32,000 bases of DNA from assembly GCA_965250005.1 (NCBI GenBank), contig OZ252279.1, forward strand, positions 480,001-512,000. Reading direction: 5' to 3'. Source of the DNA: Demequinaceae bacterium. Its GTDB lineage: Bacteria; Actinomycetota; Actinomycetes; Actinomycetales; Demequinaceae. The notes under the pieces are model-generated. The model was given only the letters and a program-made list of their open reading frames with translations, was not told the DNA's origin and did not search any database. Made by a program: the position numbers and the translations under genes. Positions 1-9,996 of this stretch are shown here, one piece after another (within the stretch, counting starts at the first letter, position 1; the number at the start of each line of letters is the position of its first letter).

Positions 1-2002
1 TGCCTTCTTCGCCGCGCTCGGCGGCGAGGGCCACTTTGACGGAAAGCTCGGTCAAGTCGGGCAGGAACTCGTGAAGTGGCGGGTCGATTAGCCGAATGGT
101 AACGGGGAAGCCGTCCATCTCTTCGAGCAGGTCGACGAAGTCTTCACGCTGGAGCGGCAGGAGCGCATCCAGGGCCGCTTGCTGCTCGGCTTCTTCCGTT
201 GCGAGGATGAGTCGCTCAATGAGCAACCGCCTGTCGCCAAGGAACATGTGCTCAGTGCGGCACAACCCGATTCCGGTCGCGCCCCATACGCGCGCCCTCT
301 TGGCGTCCGCCGCCGTGTCGGCGTTTGCGTATACGCCCAACGTGCGAGCTTCGTCAGCGTGCGCGAGGAGTGTATCGACCGCGACAACCAACTCGCGGGC
401 GTCCTCGTCGTCGGCTGCCAGTTCGGACAGCGCGACCTCCAGTCCTTCCTCGAGGTAGCGGACCACGGGGGAGGGGACCACCGGCACGCTGCCCAAGAAT
501 ATCTCGCCCGTCGCTCCGTCAATGGCAATGATTTCTCCCTCACCAACCTTCTTACCGCCCGCGGTGAACTTCTTCGCGCGGACGTCGACATCTAGCTCCT
601 CGGCACCCACGACACACGTGGTGCCCATTCCGCGCGCCACCACTGCGGCGTGTGACGTCTTGCCGCCGCGCGAGGTCAGCACACCGACGGACGCGATCAT
701 CCCGCCCAAGTCGTCCGGATTGGTCTCTCGCCGGACCAGGATGACGTCCTTGCCCTTTTCGGCCCACTCCTCGGCGGTCGCAGACGAGAACACGGCTGCA
801 CCAACGGCGGCGCCAGGTGAAGCCGACATCCCGGTCGCGAGTAGCGTGCGCTTCGCGTTGGGGTCGAACTGCGGGAACATTAGCTTGGTCAGTTGTTCGC
901 CAGTGACGCGTTCGAGCGCCTCGTCCTTGGTGATGATGTGCTCGTCAACCAACTGGTTCGCGATACGAAATGCTGCTGCCGCCGTTCGCTTGCCGATGCG
1001 AGTCTGGAGCATCCAGAGTTTGCCGCGTTCAACGGTGAATTCGATGTCGCACAGGTCACGGTAATGATTCTCCAATCGGCGCATGGCCAGGCGGAGCTCG
1101 GCGAACGATTCGGGGTCGAGCTTCTCAAAGTCAGCGAGCGAAAGCGTGTTGCGGATGCCCGCGACGACGTCCTCGCCCTGGGCGTTTTGCAGGTAGTCCC
1201 CGTAGTCGCCGGTCATGCCTGTTGCCGGGTCACGCGTGAAGCAGACGCCAGTGCCAGAGTCTTCGCCTAGGTTTCCGAATACCATTGCGACCACGTTGAC
1301 TGCCGTGCCCAGATCATCCGAGATTCGTTCACGCCTGCGGTACAGGCGCGCGCGATCGGTGTTCCACGAGTTGAATACCGCCTCGATGGCAAGGTCCAGC
1401 TGCTCCCGGGGGTGCTGCGGGAACTCCCTGCCCGACTTGTCGAGGACGATTGCCTTAAACTCCGCGACCAGTTCGCGCAGGTCAGTGGCGGGCAACTCGG
1501 TGTCCGCCTTGACCTTGCGCGCCTTCTTCTTGGCGTCGAGCGCACCGCTGAAAAGATCGGCGTCAATGTCCAGGACTGTCTTGCCGAACATCTGGATCAG
1601 GCGCCGGTACGAATCCCACGCGAAGCGGTCGTCACCAGCGAACTCCGCCAGGCCCTCGACGGAGGCATCGTTGAGGCCCACATTGAGCACAGTTTCCATC
1701 ATGCCGGGCATCGAAAACTTGGCGCCCGATCGGACAGAGACGAGCAAGGGATCTCTGAAATCCCCGAGGCCGCGACTTAGGTCGTCCTCGAGTTGGCGAA
1801 CAGCCATGGTGACCTGCACACGCAACTCCGGCGGCAGGTTAGAGGTTTGCATGTACACACGACACGCGTCCGTCGCGATGGTGAAGCCCGGTGGAACGGG
1901 CAACCCCAGGTTGGTCATCTCGGCGAGATTCGCGCCCTTGCCACCGAGAAGGTCTTTGAGGTCCTTGCTGCCCTCGCTGAACTCATACACGTACTTGACC
2001 AT
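1..2002 (-). CDS. ppdK: pyruvate, phosphate dikinase, N-terminal part; continues off the left edge
   Basis: Reverse-strand reading from ATG at 2002 gives MVKYVYEFSEGSKDLKDLLGGKGANLAEMTNLGLPVPPGFTIATDACRVYMQTS and later GGKTSHAAVVARGMGTTCVVG, characteristic PPDK motifs. Confidence 0.95.
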   Translation of the reverse strand, partial: MVKYVYEFSEGSKDLKDLLGGKGANLAEMTNLGLPVPPGFTIATDACRVYMQTSNLPPELRVQVTMAVRQLEDDLSRGLGDFRDPLLVSVRSGAKFSMPGMMETVLNVGLNDASVEGLAEFAGDDRFAWDSYRRLIQMFGKTVLDIDADLFSGALDAKKKARKVKADTELPATDLRELVAEFKAIVLDKSGREFPQHPREQLDLAIEAVFNSWNTDRARLYRRRERISDDLGTAVNVVAMVFGNLGEDSGTGVCFTRDPATGMTGDYGDYLQNAQGEDVVAGIRNTLSLADFEKLDPESFAELRLAMRRLENHYRDLCDIEFTVERGKLWMLQTRIGKRTAAAAFRIANQLVDEHIITKDEALERVTGEQLTKLMFPQFDPNAKRTLLATGMSASPGAAVGAAVFSSATAEEWAEKGKDVILVRRETNPDDLGGMIASVGVLTSRGGKTSHAAVVARGMGTTCVVGAEELDVDVRAKKFTAGGKKVGEGEIIAIDGATGEIFLGSVPVVPSPVVRYLEEGLEVALSELAADDEDARELVVAVDTLLAHADEARTLGVYANADTAADAKRARVWGATGIGLCRTEHMFLGDRRLLIERLILATEEAEQQAALDALLPLQREDFVDLLEEMDGFPVTIRLIDPPLHEFLPDLTELSVKVALAAERGEEG

Positions 2003-2129
2003 GAAACGCCTCCTGACGCAGGCTCCGGCCCCTTTGCCGATTGCCTCATGGTTTCAAATGTACAACCGCTCGATGGGTGACCTAGGGCCCGGGTCGGTAC
2101 TCGCTGCCGCGGGCTGGTCTGCCGCACCA

Positions 2130-3692
2130 TTACCAACTAGCCGGACCGTAGTCCTTCAGAAAGACCCCGAATTGGTCCTCGCCTGCCTGCCCACGCACAA
2201 TCGGGTCATAGACCCGCGCCGCGCCGTCCTCCAGGTCGAGGGGGGCGTGGAAGCCCTCTTCGGCGAGCCGCACCTTGGTGGGGTGCGGCCGCTCGTCGGT
2301 GATCCATCCCGTGTCGACGCTTGTCATAAGGATGTGATCTGTCTCGAACATCTCCCGTGCGCTTGTACGGGTGAGCATGTTGACGGCGGCCTTGGCCATA
2401 TTGGTGTGCGGATGGCCAGGGCCCTTGTACCCGCGTCCGAACACGCCCTCCATCGCAGAGACGTTGACAACAAAACTACGCGCGGGCTCGCGGGCGGCGC
2501 GAGCCGCCGCCGCCAACTGTGGGCGCAGGCGGCTGATGAGAATGAACGGTGCCGTCTCGTTGCACAGTTGCACCTCAAGGAGTTCGAGCGCGTTGACATC
2601 TCCGATCGCCTGCACCCAGCTGTTCGAGTCGTGCAGGTCCGGAACGAGGCCACCCGCATCGATTGCCGACCCGTCCGCCAGCCGCTCCAATGATGACGAC
2701 CCCGGCGCGAGCGCCATGTCCGTGAGAATCTGCGCGTTCTCCGCGGCCACATCCGCAGATGCCAGCGCAGTGGCGTCGAGCGGCGCGCCAGTCTCCGCGG
2801 AGTGTGCGGAGGCGAGCAACGGGTGAACTGCCACAGATTCGGCAAGCGCATGCGGGTGCTCGTCACTGGTGCGCCCAAGCGTGAGCATGTGCGGCCCGCA
2901 GCCCCGCTCCCATAGCCCTGGCGCCACAGGCACAGATTCGGCGTCCGCGAGAGGCGCGTAGGAGCCGGGCGAGCGCCGCACCGTCTGCGCCGCGTTATTG
3001 ATCAAGATGTCCAGGGGCCCGTGGGCCGCGACCGAGTCGGCAAGAGCGACCACCTGGGCGGGGTCCCGCAGGTCAATCCCGACCACACTGAGCCGGTGAA
3101 GCCAGTCCGACGCGTCGTGCATCGCCGCGAAGCGCCGAACAGCGTCGCGGGGGAATCGCGTGGTGATAGTCGTGTGCGCGCCGTCCCGAAGCAGCCGCAG
3201 GGCTATGTGCATCCCGATCTTTGCTCGGCCGCCGGTGAGCAGCGCGCGCTTACCGGTGAGGTCGGTGCGGGCTTCGCGCTTGGCGTGGCTAGTGACGGAG
3301 CACTCGGGGCACAGTTGGTGGTAGAACGCGTCCACCCGCGTGTAGTGCTGTTTGCAGATGTAGCACGCGCGCGACTTGAGCAGCGTGCCTGCGCTGAGAG
3401 TGTCGCTGGACGGGGAGAGTTCCACACCGCGGGTTTCGTCGTCGATGCGGTCCGGGGCGCCCGTGGCCGTTGCGGCAACCACGGCACGGTCGTTCTTCTG
3501 GACCCATGCGCGTTTCACGTTGCGGCGGTTGACCTTGACTGCTTTGTACATGCGCGACGTGGCGTGGCGTACTGCCACGAAATCAGGGTGCTGCTCATCC
3601 ACTTCGTGGATGGAGTCGAGCACGCGCAAGGTCGCCTCCAGATCCGCGGGGTCGACTGCGGAGACGTCGGGCTCACTCGGAGGGTTTTGCAC
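2130..3692 (-). CDS. short-chain dehydrogenase/reductase with N-terminal Cys-rich extension; start uncertain, open to 3788
   Basis: ORF 2130..3788; LTGGRAKIGMHIALRLLRDGA nucleotide-binding motif, ILINNAAQT and CYICKQHYTRVDAFYHQLCPEC upstream. GTG at 3692 is an alternative start. Confidence 0.75.
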   Translation of the reverse strand: MQNPPSEPDVSAVDPADLEATLRVLDSIHEVDEQHPDFVAVRHATSRMYKAVKVNRRNVKRAWVQKNDRAVVAATATGAPDRIDDETRGVELSPSSDTLSAGTLLKSRACYICKQHYTRVDAFYHQLCPECSVTSHAKREARTDLTGKRALLTGGRAKIGMHIALRLLRDGAHTTITTRFPRDAVRRFAAMHDASDWLHRLSVVGIDLRDPAQVVALADSVAAHGPLDILINNAAQTVRRSPGSYAPLADAESVPVAPGLWERGCGPHMLTLGRTSDEHPHALAESVAVHPLLASAHSAETGAPLDATALASADVAAENAQILTDMALAPGSSSLERLADGSAIDAGGLVPDLHDSNSWVQAIGDVNALELLEVQLCNETAPFILISRLRPQLAAAARAAREPARSFVVNVSAMEGVFGRGYKGPGHPHTNMAKAAVNMLTRTSAREMFETDHILMTSVDTGWITDERPHPTKVRLAEEGFHAPLDLEDGAARVYDPIVRGQAGEDQFGVFLKDYGPASW

Positions 3693-4078
3693 GCGGCATA
3701 GCCTACCTAGTGTCTGGCGGGTGGACCGCGCGCGCGGCCACTCCCGAGCCTCCAGATCGCATGAGCGTAGATTGGCGAGTGCGTACACAGCGCCTCAAAG
3801 CGCGACCCCCGACCAACGGACTCCCTCATGGCCGTTGAAAGCAAGGCTCAAACTCAATAGAGCGGAGACCCGCTCTCCGGCTCCGGCCACACCAAGCTCG
3901 CCTCGTCCGGTGTCGCAAGCGCTGGCGGGAGTCGAGATTCGCCTGGCGAGGGCGACTCTCGCATAGATCACTTGGTCGCTGCGTTATGACAAGAGGTCCC
4001 TGCCACACCGAATGGCTTCAAGCCGCACAGACTAACCGGGCATTCGGATTCGCCTCGCGCCTACGTCGTCCTCATCCG

Positions 4079-5851
4079 CTATCCCTTGCGCCGCGGCTTG
4101 CTCGCGCCGTGAGATCGACTATTTCGCGCATTCGGCAGTCCGCGGTCCGGCGTCAGGTTGATGAGCACGCCGCTGATGCGCGTCCGCGCGAGCTTGCCAA
4201 GCGTTTCTGGCGAGAGGTCGGCGGGCAGATCCACGAGCGAGAAGCCCGGCAGAATCTTGATCGCGCCGAAGTCTTCGCGGCTTAGCCCGCCCTCGTTCGC
4301 GATCGCACCCACAATCTGGCGGGGTTCCACCTTGTGGCGTTTGCCAACGGCGATCCGATAGGTAGCGCTCGGCCCGGCGCCCGAGCGTCGGTCGCGCCCC
4401 TGTCTCTTGCCTCCGCGCGCGTCTCGCCCCTTGCCGCCCTTGTTTCCCGTGTTCGCGAATTCCTCGCGATGTACCTTTTCCTGCTCGGCGGATAGCAGCA
4501 GGGGAGTGTCTCCCTGGGCGACCACAGCAAGCGCGGCCGCCACATCCGCCTCGGGAACGTCATGGTTCTCGACGTAGTGGCCGACGATGTCTCGAAACCG
4601 TTGGATTTCTTCGCCCCGCGCAAGGGCGGCAGTGATCGAGTCATCGAACCGGGTGAGCCGAGTCGCGTTGACATCGTCGACGCTCGGGAGGTGCATTTGG
4701 GTCAGGGGCTGTCGCGTTGCGCGTTCGATTGCAGACAGCATCCGACGCTCGCGGGGGGTTACGAAACTGATCGCGTCTCCCGTGCGGCCTGCGCGCCCGG
4801 TCCGGCCCACGCGGTGTACGTACGACTCGGTATCGATAGGGATGTCGTAATTGACCACGTGACTAATGCGGTCGACATCGAGCCCGCGCGCGGCGACGTC
4901 CGTGGCCACGAGGATGTCGAGCTTGCCGTCTTTGAGTTGCTTGATGGTGCGTTCCCGCTGGGCCTGGACAATGTCGCCGTTGATGGCGGAGGCGGCATGA
5001 CCGCGCGCGCGCAGTTTTTCGGCGAGCGTCTCGGTCTCATTCTTGGTGCGAGTGAACACGATCATCGCCTCGAAGTTCTCCACTTCGAGGATGCGCGTGA
5101 GCGCGTCGACTTTCTGCGGATAGGAGACGATGAGGTAGCGCTGGGTCAGGTTGGTAGACGTCGTGGTCTTCTGCTTGACCGTGATCTCTGTGGGGTTGTT
5201 CAGATACTTTGCTGACAGCCTGCGGATCTGCTTGGGCATCGTCGCGGAGAAGAGCGCGACCTGTTTCGCCTCTGGCGTCTTCGCGAGGATCGTCTCGACG
5301 TCCTCTGCGAATCCCATTTTGAGCATCTCGTCGGCCTCGTCGAGCACGAGATACTTGAGTTCAGACAGGTCGAGCGTGCGTTTTTCGAGGTGATCCATGA
5401 TGCGACCGGGCGTACCTACGACCACGTGAACGCCGCGTCTCAAGGCCGAAAGCTGGACGCCATAGCCTTGGCCGCCGTAGACCGGAAGAACGTGAACACC
5501 CTTGATGTGGTGCGCGTACTTCTCGAACGCCTCGCACACCTGCAGAGCGAGCTCCCGCGTGGGCGCAAGGACGAGCGCTTGGGGATTCTTCTGCGCCACG
5601 TCCAGCCGAGACAGGATCGGCAGCGCGAACGCTGCGGTCTTGCCGGTACCGGTCTGGGCGAGTCCCACTACGTCTCTGCCTTCGAGTAGCGGGGGAATGG
5701 TCGCGGCTTGGATCGCGGACGGTGTCTCGTAGCCCACATCGTTGAGCCCCTTGAGGATTGGGCCGTCGAGCCCAAGCTGCGAGAACGTGAGGCTTTCGGT
5801 CGCGGGGGAAGCTGAGTCTGGGTCGCGGGAGGCGTGAGAGGGCATACGCAT
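4079..5851 (-). CDS. deaD: DEAD-box ATP-dependent RNA helicase with C-terminal DbpA-like RNA-binding domain
   Basis: AQTGTGKT, DEAD (VLDEADEML), SAT and HRVGRTGRAG motifs; Q-motif region near the N-terminus. Confidence 0.95.
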   Translation of the reverse strand: MRMPSHASRDPDSASPATESLTFSQLGLDGPILKGLNDVGYETPSAIQAATIPPLLEGRDVVGLAQTGTGKTAAFALPILSRLDVAQKNPQALVLAPTRELALQVCEAFEKYAHHIKGVHVLPVYGGQGYGVQLSALRRGVHVVVGTPGRIMDHLEKRTLDLSELKYLVLDEADEMLKMGFAEDVETILAKTPEAKQVALFSATMPKQIRRLSAKYLNNPTEITVKQKTTTSTNLTQRYLIVSYPQKVDALTRILEVENFEAMIVFTRTKNETETLAEKLRARGHAASAINGDIVQAQRERTIKQLKDGKLDILVATDVAARGLDVDRISHVVNYDIPIDTESYVHRVGRTGRAGRTGDAISFVTPRERRMLSAIERATRQPLTQMHLPSVDDVNATRLTRFDDSITAALARGEEIQRFRDIVGHYVENHDVPEADVAAALAVVAQGDTPLLLSAEQEKVHREEFANTGNKGGKGRDARGGKRQGRDRRSGAGPSATYRIAVGKRHKVEPRQIVGAIANEGGLSREDFGAIKILPGFSLVDLPADLSPETLGKLARTRISGVLINLTPDRGLPNARNSRSHGASKPRRKG

Positions 5852-5897
5852 ACGGTAGTCCCTCGCGGTCCGGCGTCACGTCCGGGGGCCTCTGTCG

Positions 5898-6545
5898 CTA
5901 CGCGTCGCGTGCGGTGAGGGAGTCCGCTACGTAATCGCGGGCGTCAGCCATTTCCTGTTCGTTGATGCCGTGGGCTAGGCCTCGGTAGACGTGGACGCGA
6001 AGTGAGACGTGGTCTGCCAGCCAAGCCTCCGAGCGTTCGACCACCGATGCGGGCACCACCAAGTCGGCGTCACCACGGCCCCAGAAAACCTCTGGGCGCG
6101 CGGCCGTCACGGCGTCGTCTCCGGATTGCCTCGCCGCAGTGGTGAAGCCCGCCAGAACCACCGTCGCTGCGATGCGGTCCGGGCGGGTGCGCAGCATCTG
6201 GATGGCCATGAATCCGCCCTGCGAGAAGCCCACCGGAATGAGCGGCGTAGCGCCGCCTACGTGTTCGTCCACCCAGGACCACAGGGCGTCGGTAGCTGCC
6301 ACAACCGCAACGGGATCGGGCTCGACTTCGATGTCGAGCAACGGGAACCAAGCGGCGCCACCGTACCCCATCTCGATGGGCGCGCGCAGCGATGCCCATG
6401 GCAACTCGGGCGGAAGCATGGGCGCGAGTCCCGCGAGGTCTCCTTCGTGCGAGCCGTACCCGTGGAGCAGAATCACCAGCGGGGAGCGGTGGTCAGCCGA
6501 GGGAGTGGGCCAGTCGGGGGACTCAACAGATCGAAGTAGGGTCAC
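5898..6545 (-). CDS. phospholipase/carboxylesterase family alpha/beta hydrolase
   Basis: LVILLHGYGS, PVGFSQGGFMAIQ (GFSQGG nucleophile elbow) and YRGLAHGIN near the C-terminus; likely GTG start at 6545. Confidence 0.85.
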   Translation of the reverse strand: MTLLRSVESPDWPTPSADHRSPLVILLHGYGSHEGDLAGLAPMLPPELPWASLRAPIEMGYGGAAWFPLLDIEVEPDPVAVVAATDALWSWVDEHVGGATPLIPVGFSQGGFMAIQMLRTRPDRIAATVVLAGFTTAARQSGDDAVTAARPEVFWGRGDADLVVPASVVERSEAWLADHVSLRVHVYRGLAHGINEQEMADARDYVADSLTARDA

Positions 6546-6617
6546 TGGGCAAGTATCGCGCGTGCCGACACCCGCACCAACCCGCGGGCGCGTACGATTC
6601 CGGCAGGAAGGAGCAAC

Positions 6618-6848
6618 ATGACAGACGAGGACACAACTCCCGAGAACGCGAACCAACGCGGCGAGGGCCAGCAGATTGAGCGCGAACGCATCGTCGCCTA
6701 TCTGTCCAAGTTTGAGGGCAACTCTAAGGTAGCGGCCGAAACGGCTGATACCGAGGAATCGCAGATCTACCAGAAGACGATCGCAAGCGCGATGACAGCG
6801 ATGCGCCAAGCCATCGCAGGCGAGTTCCACTGGAAGGCAGACCTATAA
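6618..6848 (+). CDS. small hypothetical protein
   Basis: 76-aa ORF in an otherwise noncoding gap, with AGGAAGGAG upstream of the ATG. Confidence 0.6.
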   Translation: MTDEDTTPENANQRGEGQQIERERIVAYLSKFEGNSKVAAETADTEESQIYQKTIASAMTAMRQAIAGEFHWKADL

Positions 6849-6904
6849 CACGAGTAGCGTGCGCGCTGCTCAGCACACCTTGCTGGCGAACGTAGGGTTG
6901 TGCC

Positions 6905-8341
6905 ATGCCATTTGCCCGCCTGGTTGCCAGGACGCCACTTGACGCCCTCGTCCCGATCTTCGACAAAATCCGTAAGGATTCGCACGTCAGGGATGGCTAC
7001 TCGAAGGACGCCTACTTTGAAGCCGAGGACGGGGGGGCAGTTGCCGATCCCGCACACATTGTCGGGGGTCGCGAGGAGGCCACCAGCATCCCGCTGGTCA
7101 CGATCGACCCCGTTGGCTCGCGCGACTTGGATCAGGCCGTCCACATCGAACGGCTAGGCGACGGGCACCGCGTCTTCTACGCCATCGCCGACGTTGCTGC
7201 CCACGTCACGCCGGGTGGCGCCCTCGATCTGGACACTCGCCAGCGCGTCGAGACCATCTACAGCCCCGACCGGCGCATCGGCCTCCACCCGCCGGTGCTC
7301 TCCGAAGGGTACGCATCCCTCCTGCCGGGCCAGAGGACCAAATCCGTGCTCTGGACGCTCGATCTCGACGCCTCCGGCGACCTGGTGGCGACATCGTTGC
7401 GCCGCGTGTGGGCGACCAGCCGCGCGCAGTACTCGTACGCGCAGCTCGCTAGTGCGCCGCCCTCAGAGGCCGTCGAGCTCGTGACGTTGATGCGGGAGGT
7501 TGGCAAGCGCCGGCGCGCCCTCACCAAGGCGCGCGGGGCCGTGACGCTGCCGAAGCCGAGCCAGGAGGTGGTCGCGATCGACGGCCATCTCACCATCGAG
7601 TTTCGCGCCTCCCGGGGAATTGACGACGACAACGCGCAGATCTCGCTGCTGACCGGAGAGGCGGCAGCGCGACTCATGCTCGACGCGGGGGTCGGCATTC
7701 TCCGGACCATGCCGCCTGCCACCAAGGGCTCGCTTCGTCGCCTGCGGCGCCAGGCCAAGGGGCTCGGGATCGACTGGCCCGCGGACGCCTCGTACGCGGA
7801 TCTTCTCAACACATTCGACCTCGATGCTCCGGCCAGCGCCGCATTCCTTGTCGAGGCCGTGTCCCTATTCCGTGGCGCGAGTTGGGAGGCGTTCAACGAT
7901 TCTGACCCCAATCTGACGCGGTCCGATTCCATCACCCACGGAGCACTCGCCGTGGCGTACGCGCACGTGACCGCACCGTTGCGGCGCCTCGCCGACCGCT
8001 ACGCCACCGAGATCTGCCTCGCTCACGCCCACGGCGAGGCCGTACCTGCGTGGGTTATCGAGGCCCTGCCATGGATAGGTGACGAGATGGCACGGGGCGT
8101 CCGCGTTGCCAAACGCGTCGACCGCGCCTGCATCGACGCGGTCGAGGCGGCGATGCTCGCGCCACACGTAGGGGAGACGTTTACGGGAATCGGCCTAGAC
8201 GACTCCACCGTTCAACTGCGCACGCCCGCGGTAGTCGCTCGATGCGAGGGCAAAGTGAAACCTGGCGAGGAACAAGACATTCGGCTCGTAAGTTCACGCC
8301 CCGAACACGGGATGCTCTTCACGGTCGTCACCGGCAAGTAA
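6905..8341 (+). CDS. RNB-domain ribonuclease (RNase II/R family)
   Basis: TIDPVGSRDLDQAVHIE...YAIADVAAHV catalytic RNB signature; HGALAVAYAHVTAPLRRLADRY. Confidence 0.93.
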   Translation: MPFARLVARTPLDALVPIFDKIRKDSHVRDGYSKDAYFEAEDGGAVADPAHIVGGREEATSIPLVTIDPVGSRDLDQAVHIERLGDGHRVFYAIADVAAHVTPGGALDLDTRQRVETIYSPDRRIGLHPPVLSEGYASLLPGQRTKSVLWTLDLDASGDLVATSLRRVWATSRAQYSYAQLASAPPSEAVELVTLMREVGKRRRALTKARGAVTLPKPSQEVVAIDGHLTIEFRASRGIDDDNAQISLLTGEAAARLMLDAGVGILRTMPPATKGSLRRLRRQAKGLGIDWPADASYADLLNTFDLDAPASAAFLVEAVSLFRGASWEAFNDSDPNLTRSDSITHGALAVAYAHVTAPLRRLADRYATEICLAHAHGEAVPAWVIEALPWIGDEMARGVRVAKRVDRACIDAVEAAMLAPHVGETFTGIGLDDSTVQLRTPAVVARCEGKVKPGEEQDIRLVSSRPEHGMLFTVVTGK

Positions 8342-8379
8342 GAGTCCACTTGCGCCGCGCAGCAATCGAGGAGGAGACA

Positions 8380-8934
8380 GTGCAGCGATTCGTTGAGGAC
8401 CTCCTTTTCACTGCGCAGCCAATCCTGATCGTTGGCGCGATCGCGCTGACCGTCACCTTCGGGATTACACGTGCGCGTCGTGACACCCGCGCGGCCGTGC
8501 GAGCGACGCTCTGGACGCTCCTCACGCTTGGCGTCGCCACACTGCTGTGGTGGGCGCTCCTGCTGGACAACCCGAGCGCCTCAGAGGCGCAGCAAATAAA
8601 CCTCGTGCCATTTCGCGAGATCGCGCGCGGGATCCGAGCTATCGACCATGGCTACGGGATCGTCAATATCTGGGGCAACCTGGTGGTGTTCCTTCCCATT
8701 GGCGCCCTCACCATGCTTCTAGCGCGCGTGCGCTGGTGGGCCGCCGTTGGTCTATGCGCGCTCCTGTCACTCGGCATCGAGGTAACCCAGCACTTTTTGG
8801 GACGCTCGAGCGACGTAGATGACGTCATCCTCAATACGATCGGTGGCGCGATTGGCGTCGCGATGGCGTGGGCGTTCCTTGAGGTGCGTGAGCGGCGCGC
8901 TAGAAGTTTCCCGGCGCCACCTGCAAGCACGTGA
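8380..8934 (+). CDS. VanZ-like family membrane protein
   Basis: INLVPF, GNLVVFLPIGAL and GIEVTQHFLGRSSDVDDVILNTIGGAIG motifs; GTG start at 8380 after GGAGGAG. Confidence 0.88.
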   Translation: MQRFVEDLLFTAQPILIVGAIALTVTFGITRARRDTRAAVRATLWTLLTLGVATLLWWALLLDNPSASEAQQINLVPFREIARGIRAIDHGYGIVNIWGNLVVFLPIGALTMLLARVRWWAAVGLCALLSLGIEVTQHFLGRSSDVDDVILNTIGGAIGVAMAWAFLEVRERRARSFPAPPAST

Positions 8935-9319
8935 GGCCTAATCCGCGCCACATCTTGACTACCGAATTGCGGTCGTCCAGGACGCACAGCACCTCAAACC
9001 GGGGCTCGATCTTCTCGCGGAAGATTTGTGTCTTGACCTCGTTATCCGGGCGTCCGTCTCGGTTGGCGCGCATATAAGGCCCCAGCACCTTCACGCCAAG
9101 GTGCTTTGTGAGCCACGCTTCGGTGGATCTGCGTGACGCTTCCTGACGCCCACTGACAATGACGATCTGGTGCCCGGCGCGGTGTAGCGCCCGAGTCACC
9201 TCGATCACCGGCGCATTGGGCTCGTCGCCAGATGTGTCCGGATGGTACGGACTGCGGTCGCGCACGAGCGCGAGAGTGCCATCCATGTCCACGATCACAG
9301 CGCTGGGCTTGTTGCTCAT
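8900..9319 (-). CDS. HAD-superfamily phosphatase (polynucleotide kinase phosphatase-like)
   Basis: VIVDMDGTLALV, VIVSGR and VLDDRNSVVKMWR HAD motifs; ATG at 9319. Confidence 0.85.
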   Translation of the reverse strand: MSNKPSAVIVDMDGTLALVRDRSPYHPDTSGDEPNAPVIEVTRALHRAGHQIVIVSGRQEASRRSTEAWLTKHLGVKVLGPYMRANRDGRPDNEVKTQIFREKIEPRFEVLCVLDDRNSVVKMWRGLGLTCLQVAPGNF

Positions 9320-9400
9320 GCCGTCATAGTCGCATCGGCGCGAGATGAATCTTCGGCGAACCCGCGCATTGCCACCCAGATGGCCCCGTAGCCTTGTCGT

Positions 9401-9832
9401 ATGCAAGAAGTCGCGATCAGGCCGTCCGTGATGTTCGTTTGCGTCCACAATTCCGGCCGCTCCCAGATGGCGGCCGGGTTCCTCCGCGCATTCGCTGGCG
9501 ACCTCGTCGATGTCCGGTCGTCCGGCTCTGCGCCCAAGTCCGAAATCAACCCCGTGGCCGTGGACGCGATGCTCGAAATGGACATTGACATCCGTGGCCA
9601 GGTGCCCAAGATTCTGACCGCCGAGGACGCCCAAGCCTCCGATGTTATCGTCACCATGGGCTGCGGCGACGCGTGCCCGATCTTCCCTGGCAAACGCTAC
9701 GAGGACTGGGCCCTTGACGACCCCGCGGGCCAGGGTATCGAGTCAGTGCGGCCCATCCGTGACGAGATACACGGCCGCGTGATCACACTGCTCGGCTCGC
9801 TTGGCATCGCGGCCGGGAAACCTCGCCGCTAG
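9401..9832 (+). CDS. low-molecular-weight phosphatase / arsenate reductase-like protein
   Basis: VMFVCVHNSGRSQMAAGFLR P-loop, VTMGCGDACP and DWALDDPAGQG. Confidence 0.85.
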   Translation: MQEVAIRPSVMFVCVHNSGRSQMAAGFLRAFAGDLVDVRSSGSAPKSEINPVAVDAMLEMDIDIRGQVPKILTAEDAQASDVIVTMGCGDACPIFPGKRYEDWALDDPAGQGIESVRPIRDEIHGRVITLLGSLGIAAGKPRR

Positions 9833-9996
9833 CAAGATCACGCGCCCTACCGCGCCTTCTGCCTGGGCCCGGCCTCACGTTCAGGAACTCTGAGCCGACT
9901 CCCAGGGACCTCTCAGGAATCTCCCAGCATTCGTTGGTCGTATGGACTCATCGCCGCAGACGCGGTGCGAACCATGACCACATGAAGGGAAGGGCC

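Noticed and set aside
1215-2693. 492-aa plus-strand ORF
   Set aside because: Antisense to clear PPDK coding sequence; Arg/Ser-rich translation typical of high-GC shadow ORFs.
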